NCBI GenBank assembly: GCA_963681965.1
Contig: OY820579.1
Location: 96,001 to 160,000, forward strand
DNA: 64,000 nt
Direction: 5' to 3'
Source of the DNA: a bacterium
GTDB lineage: Bacteria; Electryoneota; JAOADG01
Positions 18,934 through 30,000 of this stretch are shown here, piece by piece. The notes below the pieces were generated by a model. The model saw only the letters and a list, made by a program, of their open reading frames with translations, was not told where the DNA came from and searched no databases. Position numbers and translations under genes: made by a program. The stretch's first letter is position 1; each line of letters opens with the position of its first letter.

Positions 18934-18947
18934 ACCAACCAGTCAGT
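18934..18947. promoter_or_regulatory. putative TetR operator 2
   Basis: ACCAACCAGTCAGT overlapping the predicted transcription start. Confidence 0.65.
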
Positions 18948-18949
18948 AT

Positions 18950-18979
18950 ATGATACGAACTTTATAGTCGGTTTGTCAA
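18950..18979 (-). promoter_or_regulatory. sigma70 promoter of tetR-tolC-MFP-RND
   Basis: Minus strand TTGACA-18 nt-TATCAT. Confidence 0.6.
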
Positions 18980-19129
18980 GTGAGATATTATATAGTTGTA
19001 AATTAACGTGATAATATATTATGATCCAATAAGTATTCAATTCTTAGAATCTTATACCGACTTAGCGGTCGAGATGCAGTTCTCGTACATATTCTGGAAA
19101 AGACCCAACATATAAAAATGTCAGAATCG

Positions 19130-19166
19130 AAAAAAAACCGGGACTGGTCGTTGACCAATCCCGGTT
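19130..19166 (-). terminator. intrinsic terminator (minus strand)
   Basis: 14-bp stem AACCGGGATTGGTC / GACCAGTCCCGGTT with one G-U pair, followed by a T-run on the minus strand. Confidence 0.8.
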
Positions 19167-19235
19167 GAAATCAAGTTAAAAAATGTCTGATTCTCGGAGT
19201 GAAAAACTCGGCACTATGTCGATGCAGCGAGATTA

Positions 19236-19348
19236 TAGTGATTCTTGAAATAAGTTGTCATGATTCGGTGTCAGGCTTCGCCTGACCTGCGGGCGGACGC
19301 GGGGGTCCGCCCCTACTACCGATAACAACTTATTTTCAAGTGATACTC
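19236..19348 (-). mobile_element. REP-containing MITE-like element, copy B
   Basis: Same terminal arms, GTCAGGC-TTC-GCCTGAC hairpin and GGGCGGAC...GTCCGCCCCTAC palindrome as copy A. Confidence 0.8.
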
Positions 19349-19887
19349 TACTTACCAGTTAGTCCCTTGGCAAATCGAATTGCATTCTGCACGTAGTGAT
19401 CGGCGTTATGCCAATTGATCGTTCTTTCTTCTTCGGTAAGAATACGTTTCACTTTCGCTGGAATACCCATTACGACTGCACCTTCCGGCACTTCCATTCC
19501 GGGAGGCACAACCGCACCAGCTCCGATTTGTGCCCCTTTTCGGATAATGGCTCCATTCAGTACTATCGCTCCAATTCCGATCAGGGCTTCATCTTCGATC
19601 GTACAGCCATGCAAGATTACATTGTGTCCGACAGTGACATTATCGCCAATCTTAGTGGGATACCCTCGGTCGACATGAACAACGGTGCCATCCTGGATAT
19701 TGGTTCGCTCGCCGATTACGATATCATCGATATCGCCGCGAATGGTCACATTGAACCAGACACTGGCAGCAGCGCCGATTTTAACTCGACCGACAACGAC
19801 GGCATTGGGAGCGATCCAAGCCGACTCGGCGATCTCCGGTGCAATCCCATCCAGCACACCGATAACTGGTTGTGGTAGATTACTCAT
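19348..19887 (-). CDS. gamma-class carbonic anhydrase family protein (YrdA-like)
   Basis: Hexapeptide repeats, IRGD, TNIQDGTVVH and VGHNVILHGC (three Zn-binding His). Confidence 0.93.
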   Translation of the reverse strand: MSNLPQPVIGVLDGIAPEIAESAWIAPNAVVVGRVKIGAAASVWFNVTIRGDIDDIVIGERTNIQDGTVVHVDRGYPTKIGDNVTVGHNVILHGCTIEDEALIGIGAIVLNGAIIRKGAQIGAGAVVPPGMEVPEGAVVMGIPAKVKRILTEEERTINWHNADHYVQNAIRFAKGLTGK

Positions 19888-19956
19888 TGCTATGCTCCAT
19901 TTAATATGAAATGCATCCGAGTCGATGCATCTTTCGAAGTTGTGTGATTGGTAGGG

Positions 19957-20553
19957 TTACTTTCCAGTCGGCATCAATCGACCGATGATTATACCGATCA
20001 CGATACCGGTTAAAAAGACGACTGTTACGGTACGCCAGTTCAAGACTTCGCGTCCTTTTCCTTCGGCCGTGAATTTGATCGTGAAGACATAGCCCAATCC
20101 ATTCATGATCCAGATGAATGGTAACGACAGTGCCCATACTAAGATCGGACCGACTACCGGGATTAAACCGATCAATGCGACAAGACCGGTGAAGAGTTGC
20201 GAGATCAAACCAAATACAACCAGTACGGTTGCGATAAGCGGTTTATCGACACCGAGCAACACAGCAGTCACTGCAGCAAAGACGGCGATAAAAAGGACGA
20301 TGAAGCGATTACGGAACCACTTTTTACGGTGGCTTGGATCTTTTGGCGGTTCAAGCAGTTTTAAGAAAGCGCTTTTCGAGCGATCCAGACTCCCTTCCGT
20401 GGTTTCACCCGGTTGTGAAGGGAGTTCATCAGGCAGTGGTTCTTCACGCTCGGGTTGGAGCATGTGAACCAGATTGACTTCGACTTTTTTTAATTCGTCG
20501 CCAATCCGATTGATCTGATCGACCGTCTGTTTGTTTTTTCGCTTCTTGGCCAT
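19957..20553 (-). CDS. hypothetical membrane protein
   Basis: Charged N-terminal ~80 aa followed by about four hydrophobic segments. No family recognised. Confidence 0.7.
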   Translation of the reverse strand: MAKKRKNKQTVDQINRIGDELKKVEVNLVHMLQPEREEPLPDELPSQPGETTEGSLDRSKSAFLKLLEPPKDPSHRKKWFRNRFIVLFIAVFAAVTAVLLGVDKPLIATVLVVFGLISQLFTGLVALIGLIPVVGPILVWALSLPFIWIMNGLGYVFTIKFTAEGKGREVLNWRTVTVVFLTGIVIGIIIGRLMPTGK

Positions 20554-20709
20554 CGCCTAAACATAATATTGAGAAAAGACGATGACAACTAACTGCGTAT
20601 ATTCTGGTGTTTCAAATCATAACAGTAGGATTTTCAGTAATCAGGACATTTCCGCAGAAAACAGTTCCGGGACTTGTCCGATTGCATTGATTAACTGTAG
20701 ATTACAACC

Positions 20710-21465
20710 ATGCACATATTTTTCTCCGATGTCCACCTAATGAGTGGTCGCGCCGACGATCTTGAGCAGCGCGACCGCGTGATCCGCTTTCTGAAAAATG
20801 TCGCTAGCCAAGCAGAAGGGCTGTGGATTGGCGGCGACCTCTTCGATTTCTGGTACGAATGGCGTCATGCGATCCCGAAAATTCATTTCGAAGTTGTTGC
20901 CGCACTCAAGAAATTGGTCGATCAGGGTGTTGCCGTTCATCTGATACCTGGTAATCACGATTTCGCCATTTCCAACTTCTTCACCGATCAAATTGGAGCA
21001 ACAATTCACCACAGTCCGAGTGAAATCGAGCTCGATGGTCAGCGGATTTACTGGCACCACGGCGATGGCGTGGCTCCCAGCGATGGTGGATATCGATTGC
21101 TCAAGCGGGTGTTGCATAATCGCACAGCGCAAGCGATGTTTCGCTGGATTCATCCCGATGTCGCGATGGGTATTGCTTTAATGACATCGAAAAGTTCTCG
21201 ATACAAATCGGACACAATCGGCGTTCCACCCGACGAAGAATACGAGGCATTTGCCAAAGAGATACTAGCTCTCGGAAAAAACGACGTTGTGCTAATGGGT
21301 CACACGCATATTCCTCGAATCGATCGATTCGGACAAGGGTGGTATATCAATACCGGCGATTTCATTATCGAACGAACCTACGTCGTGTTGGAAAACGGAA
21401 AGTGGCGAATGGAACGCTTCGAATACGATCCGAAGTTGGGTCACAATCAAATTCGAAAAAAGTAA
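20710..21465 (+). CDS. lpxH: UDP-2,3-diacylglucosamine diphosphatase (calcineurin-like metallophosphoesterase)
   Basis: SDVH, GDLFDFW, GNHD, HGD, DGGYRLLKRV, WIHPD and GHTH motifs. Confidence 0.8.
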   Translation: MHIFFSDVHLMSGRADDLEQRDRVIRFLKNVASQAEGLWIGGDLFDFWYEWRHAIPKIHFEVVAALKKLVDQGVAVHLIPGNHDFAISNFFTDQIGATIHHSPSEIELDGQRIYWHHGDGVAPSDGGYRLLKRVLHNRTAQAMFRWIHPDVAMGIALMTSKSSRYKSDTIGVPPDEEYEAFAKEILALGKNDVVLMGHTHIPRIDRFGQGWYINTGDFIIERTYVVLENGKWRMERFEYDPKLGHNQIRKK

Positions 21466-21501
21466 CGACACACTCGAATCGAAAATCGTAGATTAGAAAC
21501 A

Positions 21502-23628
21502 ATGAATTTATTACAACGCGAACCAACACCAATTTTACCCAATCAACCGCGCGAGTTTCATCTTCCGACGCCGCGTAATTACTATCTCCATTGGTTTCGA
21601 TGGGTGTTGTACGGCGTGCTTTGTTTCAGTTTCGGGTTGGGAATTGGAGCGGGTGTCTGGTGGTATTACAAAGATGAACTACCCGCGATATCGGTACTGG
21701 AAAAATACGAACCGAAACTAGCATCGAAAGTCTTTTCCGCCGATGGTGTGATGTTGACCGAATTCTTCGAAGAGCGCCGTGAATATGTCACCTTGAATCA
21801 CATCCCAGCCGACATGAAAAACGCGGTGTTATCGATCGAAGATCAACGATTCTACTCACACTGGGGTCTGGATTTAATCGGTATTTTCCGCGCGATTGCG
21901 GAGAATGCGCTCACTCACGCCCGTAGACAAGGCGCCAGCACATTAACGCAGCAGCTCGCGCGCAATCTCTATTTCGGACCGGAAAAACGCCTCAGCCGGA
22001 AAATCAAAGAACAACTCACAGCGATTCAGATCGAACGAACCTACGCGAAAAATGAAATTCTAGAGATGTACTTAACACAGGTATATTTCGGACACGGAGC
22101 ACACGGTGTCGGTGCTGCGGCACGCCGATTTTTCTCGAAGGACATCACGAAGTTAACGCTTCCGGAATGTGCATTGTTAGCTGGAATGATTCAGACGCCG
22201 GGTCGCAATTCACCAATCAAATATCCGACGAAAGCGAAATCGCGCCGCGACATCGTCTTGAAAAAGATGTACGAACTGGATTTTATTTCATCCCGGCAAT
22301 ATGCCGCCGCAGTCCAGTCACCGCTCGGTCTAAATCCTTCCGAAGGGAACGATGCGCTCGGGATCGCACCCTATTTTACTGAAATGGTGCGACAAGAGAT
22401 GGAAGAGCGTAATGATTCCCTCGGTGTCGACTATTTGAAAGACGGATTGAAGATCTCCACGACACTGGACGCTAAACTGCAGGGGTGGCTGGAGCAATCG
22501 ATCCGCGATCACATGCGCGAACAGGATAAAATTTATTCAGTTCAATCCTACAAGCGGTTAGGGGGAGAAAACTGGCTTCGACGCGCGCATCCTAAGATCT
22601 TTGTTAAATACGGCAATATTGAAAACAATCCGGTATTATTAGATTCACTTCTACCCGAACGCGATAAACTTCAGGTCGCGGCAGCAGCGATCGATCCAAA
22701 GACCGGCGGGATCCTCGCGATGGTAGGCGGTCGCAGTTTTGCACGATCGAAATACAATCGAGCAGTTCAGGCAACCCGACAACCGGGATCGACCTTTAAA
22801 CCGTTCGTGTATGCGACTGCATTGAATATGGGTTTTGAACCGGACACGAAAGTATCGAATGCATCGATTACGATCTCGATACCGGGTGCGAAAGTGTGGC
22901 ATCCAACGAATTACGATGGGAAATCGGGTGGAGTTTTTCAGTTTCGGGACGCCTTAAAACAATCTTTAAATCTTTGTGCAATAAGAGTCTGCAAAGATTT
23001 TACCGGTATTCAACCGGTGATCGATTTCGCTCACAAAATGGGGATCACCTCCCAAATTCAGCACTATCTACCGATCGCAATTGGTGCGAACGGCTTAAAA
23101 CTGATCGAAGTGGTTAATGCTTACGGAGCCTGGGGACAAGGCGGTGTGCTTCCGAAGACATATTATGTGTCGAAGGTCGAAGACAATACGAATGCGATGC
23201 TGTTTCAACGTCGCACGCAACGCACCGAAGTCGTGGATGAGACGACCGCATACCTCATCACCGATATGCTTCGCGATGTGATCAATGCCGGTACTGGCGC
23301 TCCGGCACGCTATACCTATCATTTTCGCGCCGATGCTGCCGGTAAAACGGGTACCACGAATAGCTTTACCGATGCTTGGTTCGTCGGTTACACTCCGCAA
23401 ATTGCACTCGGAGTGTGGGTTGGTTTCGACGACCCGGCTCGATCGCTCGGTCCGAAAAAAACCGGTGGTGTAATGGCACTTCCGATCTGGGCGAATACAA
23501 TGGTGAAAGCATTCGATGCCGGCAAGTTTACCGACGAACGATTTCACTGCCCCGCAACTGTGGACACCGTAAAACGAAAGCGAAAAATCGAAACTCCGAA
23601 TAGAGACCGCTCCAAAAAGCAATTATAA
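21502..23628 (+). CDS. mrcA: class A penicillin-binding protein 1A
   Basis: Transglycosylase motifs EDQRFYSHWG, GASTLTQQLARN and RKIKE. Transpeptidase motifs STFK, SLN and KTGT. Confidence 0.93.
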   Translation: MNLLQREPTPILPNQPREFHLPTPRNYYLHWFRWVLYGVLCFSFGLGIGAGVWWYYKDELPAISVLEKYEPKLASKVFSADGVMLTEFFEERREYVTLNHIPADMKNAVLSIEDQRFYSHWGLDLIGIFRAIAENALTHARRQGASTLTQQLARNLYFGPEKRLSRKIKEQLTAIQIERTYAKNEILEMYLTQVYFGHGAHGVGAAARRFFSKDITKLTLPECALLAGMIQTPGRNSPIKYPTKAKSRRDIVLKKMYELDFISSRQYAAAVQSPLGLNPSEGNDALGIAPYFTEMVRQEMEERNDSLGVDYLKDGLKISTTLDAKLQGWLEQSIRDHMREQDKIYSVQSYKRLGGENWLRRAHPKIFVKYGNIENNPVLLDSLLPERDKLQVAAAAIDPKTGGILAMVGGRSFARSKYNRAVQATRQPGSTFKPFVYATALNMGFEPDTKVSNASITISIPGAKVWHPTNYDGKSGGVFQFRDALKQSLNLCAIRVCKDFTGIQPVIDFAHKMGITSQIQHYLPIAIGANGLKLIEVVNAYGAWGQGGVLPKTYYVSKVEDNTNAMLFQRRTQRTEVVDETTAYLITDMLRDVINAGTGAPARYTYHFRADAAGKTGTTNSFTDAWFVGYTPQIALGVWVGFDDPARSLGPKKTGGVMALPIWANTMVKAFDAGKFTDERFHCPATVDTVKRKRKIETPNRDRSKKQL

Positions 23629-23643
23629 CCGATATGAATTGTT

Positions 23644-23795
23644 AAGTTGTTCTTGAAGGTTAGTTGTCATGATTCGGTGTCCGCCATACGGCGAACAGGT
23701 AAAGACAAGCGTATCTGTACCTACATTAGATACCTGCGGGCGGACACGGGGGTCCGCCCCTACTTCCGATAACAACTGATTTTCAAGAGATTCTG
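23644..23795 (-). mobile_element. REP-containing MITE-like element, long variant (copy C, ~150 bp)
   Basis: Same arms and REP. The GCTTCGC hairpin is replaced by a ~50-bp segment homologous to the linker of the 12.2-kb tandem units. Confidence 0.75.
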
Positions 23796-24057
23796 TAGTA
23801 TTCTTCATCCCACACGGAAACTTCTCTCCGATAATCCCTTCAAATTCCACTAATTACATCCAAAACCGCGATAATGCACTGAGCGGTGGATCGATTATCA
23901 CGGGCTATTCAGCGGAAAAAACACGAGAAATAAGATTCTGGGCGAATATTTTATTAGCCCGTTTTGTTTTTGGGTTGAATTTCACAAAAAATGAAGATAC
24001 ATTGTTTGTTAGCTTCAAATTAATACTTCTTGTTCACCTCAAAATTGCGAGATTACC

Positions 24058-27000
24058 ATGTACAATCTTTGCCGAAAATCTGCTTCTTTGGTATTGTTAT
24101 TTGTGGTCTTTTCAGTGTTCGCTATTCAGGCTTTTGCAACCGAGATATCTTCCAGAGCGAGCAAACAGAACGCGAATACTCAATTTCCCGTGACGATCGG
24201 TTCGAATAACGAAATCGACGTTGCAGTGGGTATCGGAAGCGGCGTGTATGTATCGCGCTATCCGATCACAGAATATTACTGGTTCACCCGAAATCAATCG
24301 CTCTATACCGCTGCCGAGATCGGTCGTGCGGGAATGATTTCGCATTTACGGTGGTATCCCACTACAGCGCGAAGCTGGGCAAATACCGGTGGTTCGAATC
24401 AAGTAAAGATTTACATTGGCACCACCAGTTCCTCGAGCTTGACGAGTCAGACTTATTCCACGAGTGGTTTGACTCTGGTCTATCAGAACAACTCGTATAC
24501 AGGTGTATCAGTCGCAAATGCGTGGCAAGAATTCGACATCACCGACTATTATTACAACGGTACCGAAAATCTGATCGTTGTCACCGAAATCAATCTCGCC
24601 AACTGGAGTTCTCCCAGTACCGGCGAAGACTACCGCAATAGCGGTACAAGCGGTATTTACTTGAATCAGCACTGGGAACGCGACAACACCCCACCGGTCG
24701 TATCCGGAACGCTCGATACGTTACGTCCGAATCTTCAAATTGAATTCAGTACTTCTGCTCCAGCATTACCGATTCTGGTATCGCCTGCGAACAACGCAAC
24801 CAATATTGCGGTCACGACTGCAGTTAACTGGACGAATGGTGCGAATACTGCGAATGTCGATCTATTCTTTTCAAACAACCAAGCACTAGTTTCGGCAATG
24901 GATACGACGGTTCGCGTACTTTCGGCATCGACGGCAACGACATTCGATCCGACTGGCGACTTGAATGCGGGTGTAACCTATTACTGGCGAGTGCTGGCGC
25001 GTAATGCCGGCGGCGAAACAACCGCAGGTACAATCTGGCAATTCACCACCGCTTCCCCCCCATTGACTGGAACGAAAACAGTTGGTGGCACCAGTCCGGA
25101 TTATCCCACTTTTACCGATGCGATCAACGCGTTGATTGCATACGGGGTAGGTAGCAGCGGTATCACATTCAGTGTTCGTCCGGGTACTTACAACGAACGT
25201 ATCGTGATTCCACAGATTACCGGTGCATCGACCACTTCTCACATCATCTTCCAGAAAGAGAGCGGTACGGTTACAGTCGCAATGGCTGGAACGAGTGGCT
25301 CGAGCGATGCAATTGTGAAATTGAATGCTGCAGACTACATCGAATTGCGCGGAATTGACGTACTCGATCTTGGAACCGACGACACGAACTATAACGAGTA
25401 TGGTTTTTATGTAACCAACTCCACTGCGACGAACGGTGCAAATGGCAATATTATCGCCAATTCAACGATCACCATGCACCGCGCGAATGTCAATAGCCGA
25501 GCGATTTTCCAAAATTACAGCATTACACCGACGGCTCAGACCGGTGCCAATAGCGACAACAAGTACTTGGACTTGAAAATATCCAATACGGCATACGGTA
25601 TTTTCATTAATAGCCACAGCACCTATCGCGATCTCAATACCGAAATCGGTTCGACTTCTTCCGATTTAGCGTATGCCAATCGTACCGTAATCGGCAATGG
25701 TGGAATTGACGACATCGGTTCCATCAATACTACCTATGGTATCTATATCGGTTATGCTCAAAGAACGCTGATTCACGATTGCGATATCCAAAATCTATTC
25801 ACGTCCAGTCCCGGAACAAGTGTTTATGGCGTAACCATGATGAACACTTACGGTATTTCGGAACTCTACAACAATCGAATTTTCAACTTACGCAATACTT
25901 CCGGTTCGATTTCCGCTACTGGATACATGTACGGCGTTTATGCCAATGCTTCTTCAGGGGCAGGCAACGAGATCCGAGTTTACAACAACTACATCTCGGG
26001 TTTTTCGAATCCCCGCACTTCGGAAGTCACCACTGTTTATTTGTACGGTATCTATAGCAGTCAATCTTCGGGACTTTGCTATATCGACCACAACGCCATT
26101 CTGATGAATCCGTCGACAGTCGGTGCTTCAACGACATGTTTGCAGGTTTCGAACACATCATATGTTCGCAACAATATTCTGGCGAATACGACACCGAACC
26201 AGTTCACCGCCAAGCATTACATCATTCTCACGATTACGAACAATCCGGTATCCAATTACAACAGCTATTATCTGCCCAATTTGTATGGTGGATATTTCGG
26301 AATCAGCGCGAGCACCGATCGGCTGGGTATCGACGATTGGCGCGCTTACACTTCGCAAGACAATCAATCGACCGAAGGAAATCCCCGATTTGTCGACGGC
26401 TCAAGCGGCAATCTTCATATTCAAGCCGGTGTGAAAACGGCAATCAACAATACCGGTACACCGATCGCATGGGTGACAACCGATATCAACGGAATTATTC
26501 GAAATACCGGAACCCCCGACATCGGACCGAACGAAGGGATTTTCGTTTCGACGACGCCATTGATGGGAACAAAGACAGTTGGCGGTACATCGGCAGATTA
26601 CGCGACGCTAGTCGATGCCGTAGAAGCCCTCGCAAAATATGGCATCGGTACGAATGGGGTCACATTCAGTGTTCGACCCGGCACCTATAACGGTCCAATC
26701 ACGATTCCTTATTTGCCCGATGCGAGCGACCGCACGCCGGCGAATTTCATCAAAGAATCGGGGACTGTTACTGTGACTGCCACCGGAACGAGTGGCAATT
26801 ACGATGCAATTTTGCGGTTGCAGGGGTGTGACTGGGTGACATTCGACGGTATCGATTTTGTCGATGGCGGGTCGAGTTCAGCCGATTATTGCGAGTTTGG
26901 TGTATGGGTTGGTGGTACATCGGGAACCAACGGTGCGACCAATAATACGATCAAGAACTCGACGATTACGATGCATCGCGCGAATAGCAATGCAAATTGC

Positions 27001-30000
27001 GTATACCAATATTCGTACAACCAGCCTGTGACTTACGCCGGAACAAACAATTACAATCATTATCTCAATTTGAAACTATCTAATGCTCGCAATGGCATCT
27101 ATGTGTTCGGCAATTCGAGTAATTACGACTACGGTACGGAAATTGGATCAACGTCGACCGATCCCTCCTTCGCTTCGCGTTTCACCGTGGGTTCAGGCGG
27201 TGTCGACGATATCGGTACATCCGGTTATCATTGTTACGGCATCTTTGCCTATTATCAGGATGGAATTCGCATTCACGATTGCGATGTCTCGAATGTCACC
27301 GCTAGCGCATCCGGCTACAACGTGTACGGTATTGCAATTTCTTATACTAGCGGAACCTGCTATCTCAACGGCAACCGGATCTACAATCTCCGTCAGACCT
27401 ATCCCTCATCGGCTACGACGGGAAATATCTACGGAATTCTGTTGAGTAATTTTGCCGAAATGCGTGTTACGAATAACATGATCTCGGGATTGAGTCACGC
27501 GCGCACTACCGAAGTTGGTTCTTTTTACATTTATGGTATCTACCAAAGTTCCGGTACAACAATCTACGTCGATAACAACTCGTTTTTACTCAATCCGACC
27601 AACGGTAATGTAACCAACGCTTGTTTGTTCTTGACTAGTGGTACTCAATATGTCCGGAACAACATTTTCGTCAACCGAACCCCGAATCAGACGACCTCGA
27701 AGCATTACGCCATCTACATGAATGGCGGTACTTTGACTTCGAATTACAATTTATTCCAGATTCCGAATCAAACGAATGGAATTGTCGGGTACAACTCATC
27801 CGATTACGCCACGCTCGATGCATGGCAGCAAAATACCGGTCGCGATTATAATTCGCTTCAAGGCGAACCACGGTTCCGCGATGAAGCAAATAACAATCTT
27901 CGCATCACTCCAAACGTTTATACTCCGATCAATAATTCGGGTACTCCCGTGGCAACGGTTTTGACCGACGCTTTCGGTACGACTCGCAACGCAACGACTC
28001 CCGATATCGGCGCGGAAGAAGGCAACTTTGTCGCTGCCACCCCGTTGACCGGGATCAAGACAATCGGTGGAACTACCCCGGATTACCCGACCTTTACCGC
28101 TGCATTATCCGATCTGCAATTGCTGGGTGTCGGTACCGGCGGTGTGATATTCCTCGTTCGACCGGGTGTTTACACCGAACAGTTAGTGGTATTGCCGATC
28201 AACAATACTTCATCAACCAATCCGGTGATTTTCCAGCGCGACACTGGTCCAGTCACATTGACTTGCACTGGAACAGTGGCATCGAACGATTATATCGTCA
28301 AATTGATGGGTTGCCGTTGGGTTACATTCGACGGAATCAATGTCACTGACGCAGGAACTTCCACTTCGAATTATGTGGAGTATGGTTACTATGTAACGAA
28401 TTTATCCGGTGCGTCAGGTGCACAGAATAACACAATCAAAAATGCGACGATTATACTGAACCGCGTCAATACCGGTTCCATCGGCGTCATGCAAGATTAC
28501 AGTTTGACTCCGGTTGCGCAAACGGGCGCAAACAACAGCAATCATTATTTGAATCTCAAGATCTCAAATGTCCGCTATGGTATTTATCTCCGGGGTAGCA
28601 GTAATTACCGCGACCAGAGCGTCGAAATCGGTTCGACTTCGACAATGATCGGGGATACTACTCGTTTGACAATCGGTTCGGGAGGGGTCGACGATCTCAG
28701 TGGCAGTGGCTCTATATACGGCATTTACATGACTTATCAGGAAGCCGTGCGGGTCCACGATTGCGATATTAGCAACCTGACAACAACTTCTACCTCCAGC
28801 GGGGTGTTTGGTATCTATACCAGTTATTTGTATGGGGTCAACGAAATCAGTGCGAACCGCATTTATAATCTCAAGAACGGTTCCGGCGATATCTCCGCCA
28901 GTGGCAGTTTGTACGGCGCTTTTCTGTATGCTGTTACAGGTACTGGAAACGAAATCCGATTCTATAACAATACAATATCAGGTTTCACTCATTCGCGAAC
29001 TACTGAAGTCAATACAATATACACTTCCGGTGTCTATGCCTCGAATGGTTTTTGCTACATCGATAACAATAGTATCGCGATTACACCGTCGATGATTTCG
29101 AACTCTTCGACCGGTATTTACATTGTCGGCGCTACCACCACGATCCGGAACAATATTATCACCAATGTCACCGGTACTCAGACGACCGCGAAACATTACG
29201 GTATTGTTTATAACAGCGGTTCATTTTCCAATTCGAACAATAATTTATTCCACATTCCCAATGTTCGGAACGGTTTTATCGGATATTACACCGCCGATCA
29301 ACTTACTCTCGATTCTTGGCAAGGCGCTACCGGTTACGACTATACCTCGAAAATCGGCAACCCTCTATTCTTGAATGAAAGTGCCAACGATTTACGAATT
29401 TTACCGGGTACAGCTTCTCCAGTCAACAATTCAGGTACTCCAATTGTCTGGATTACGCGCGACTTGGAAAATACTACTCGCCACGTTACCACTCCGGATA
29501 TCGGCGCTCAAGAAGGCAACTTCATTTCCAGCGCTCCGTTAACCGGAACGAAAACTATCGGGGGCACTAGTCCCGATTACGCAACATTTACCGATGCACT
29601 CACAGCATTGCAATTGTACGGTGTCGGAAGCGGTGGCGTGACGTTCAGTGTTCGACCAGGAGTTTATTCAGAACAGTTGGTCGTACTGCCGATATCGGGC
29701 ACCTCGATGAGCAACCCGGTCATTTTCCAACGGGAATCGGATGCTGTGACGGTCAGCGTTGCCGGTACATCATTGACCACTGATGCAGCAATCAAGCTAT
29801 TTGGCTGCGATTGGGTAACGTTCGACGGAATCAATGTGCAGGACGCCGGAACGAGTTCAGACAATTATCTTGAATACGGATATCAGGTCATGAATCAAAC
29901 CGGTGCGAACGGTGCGACCAACAACACGATCAAGAACGCGCGTATCGCAATGAACCGGATTTATACCGGTTCCTACGGCGTCTACCAAAATCTCTACGTC

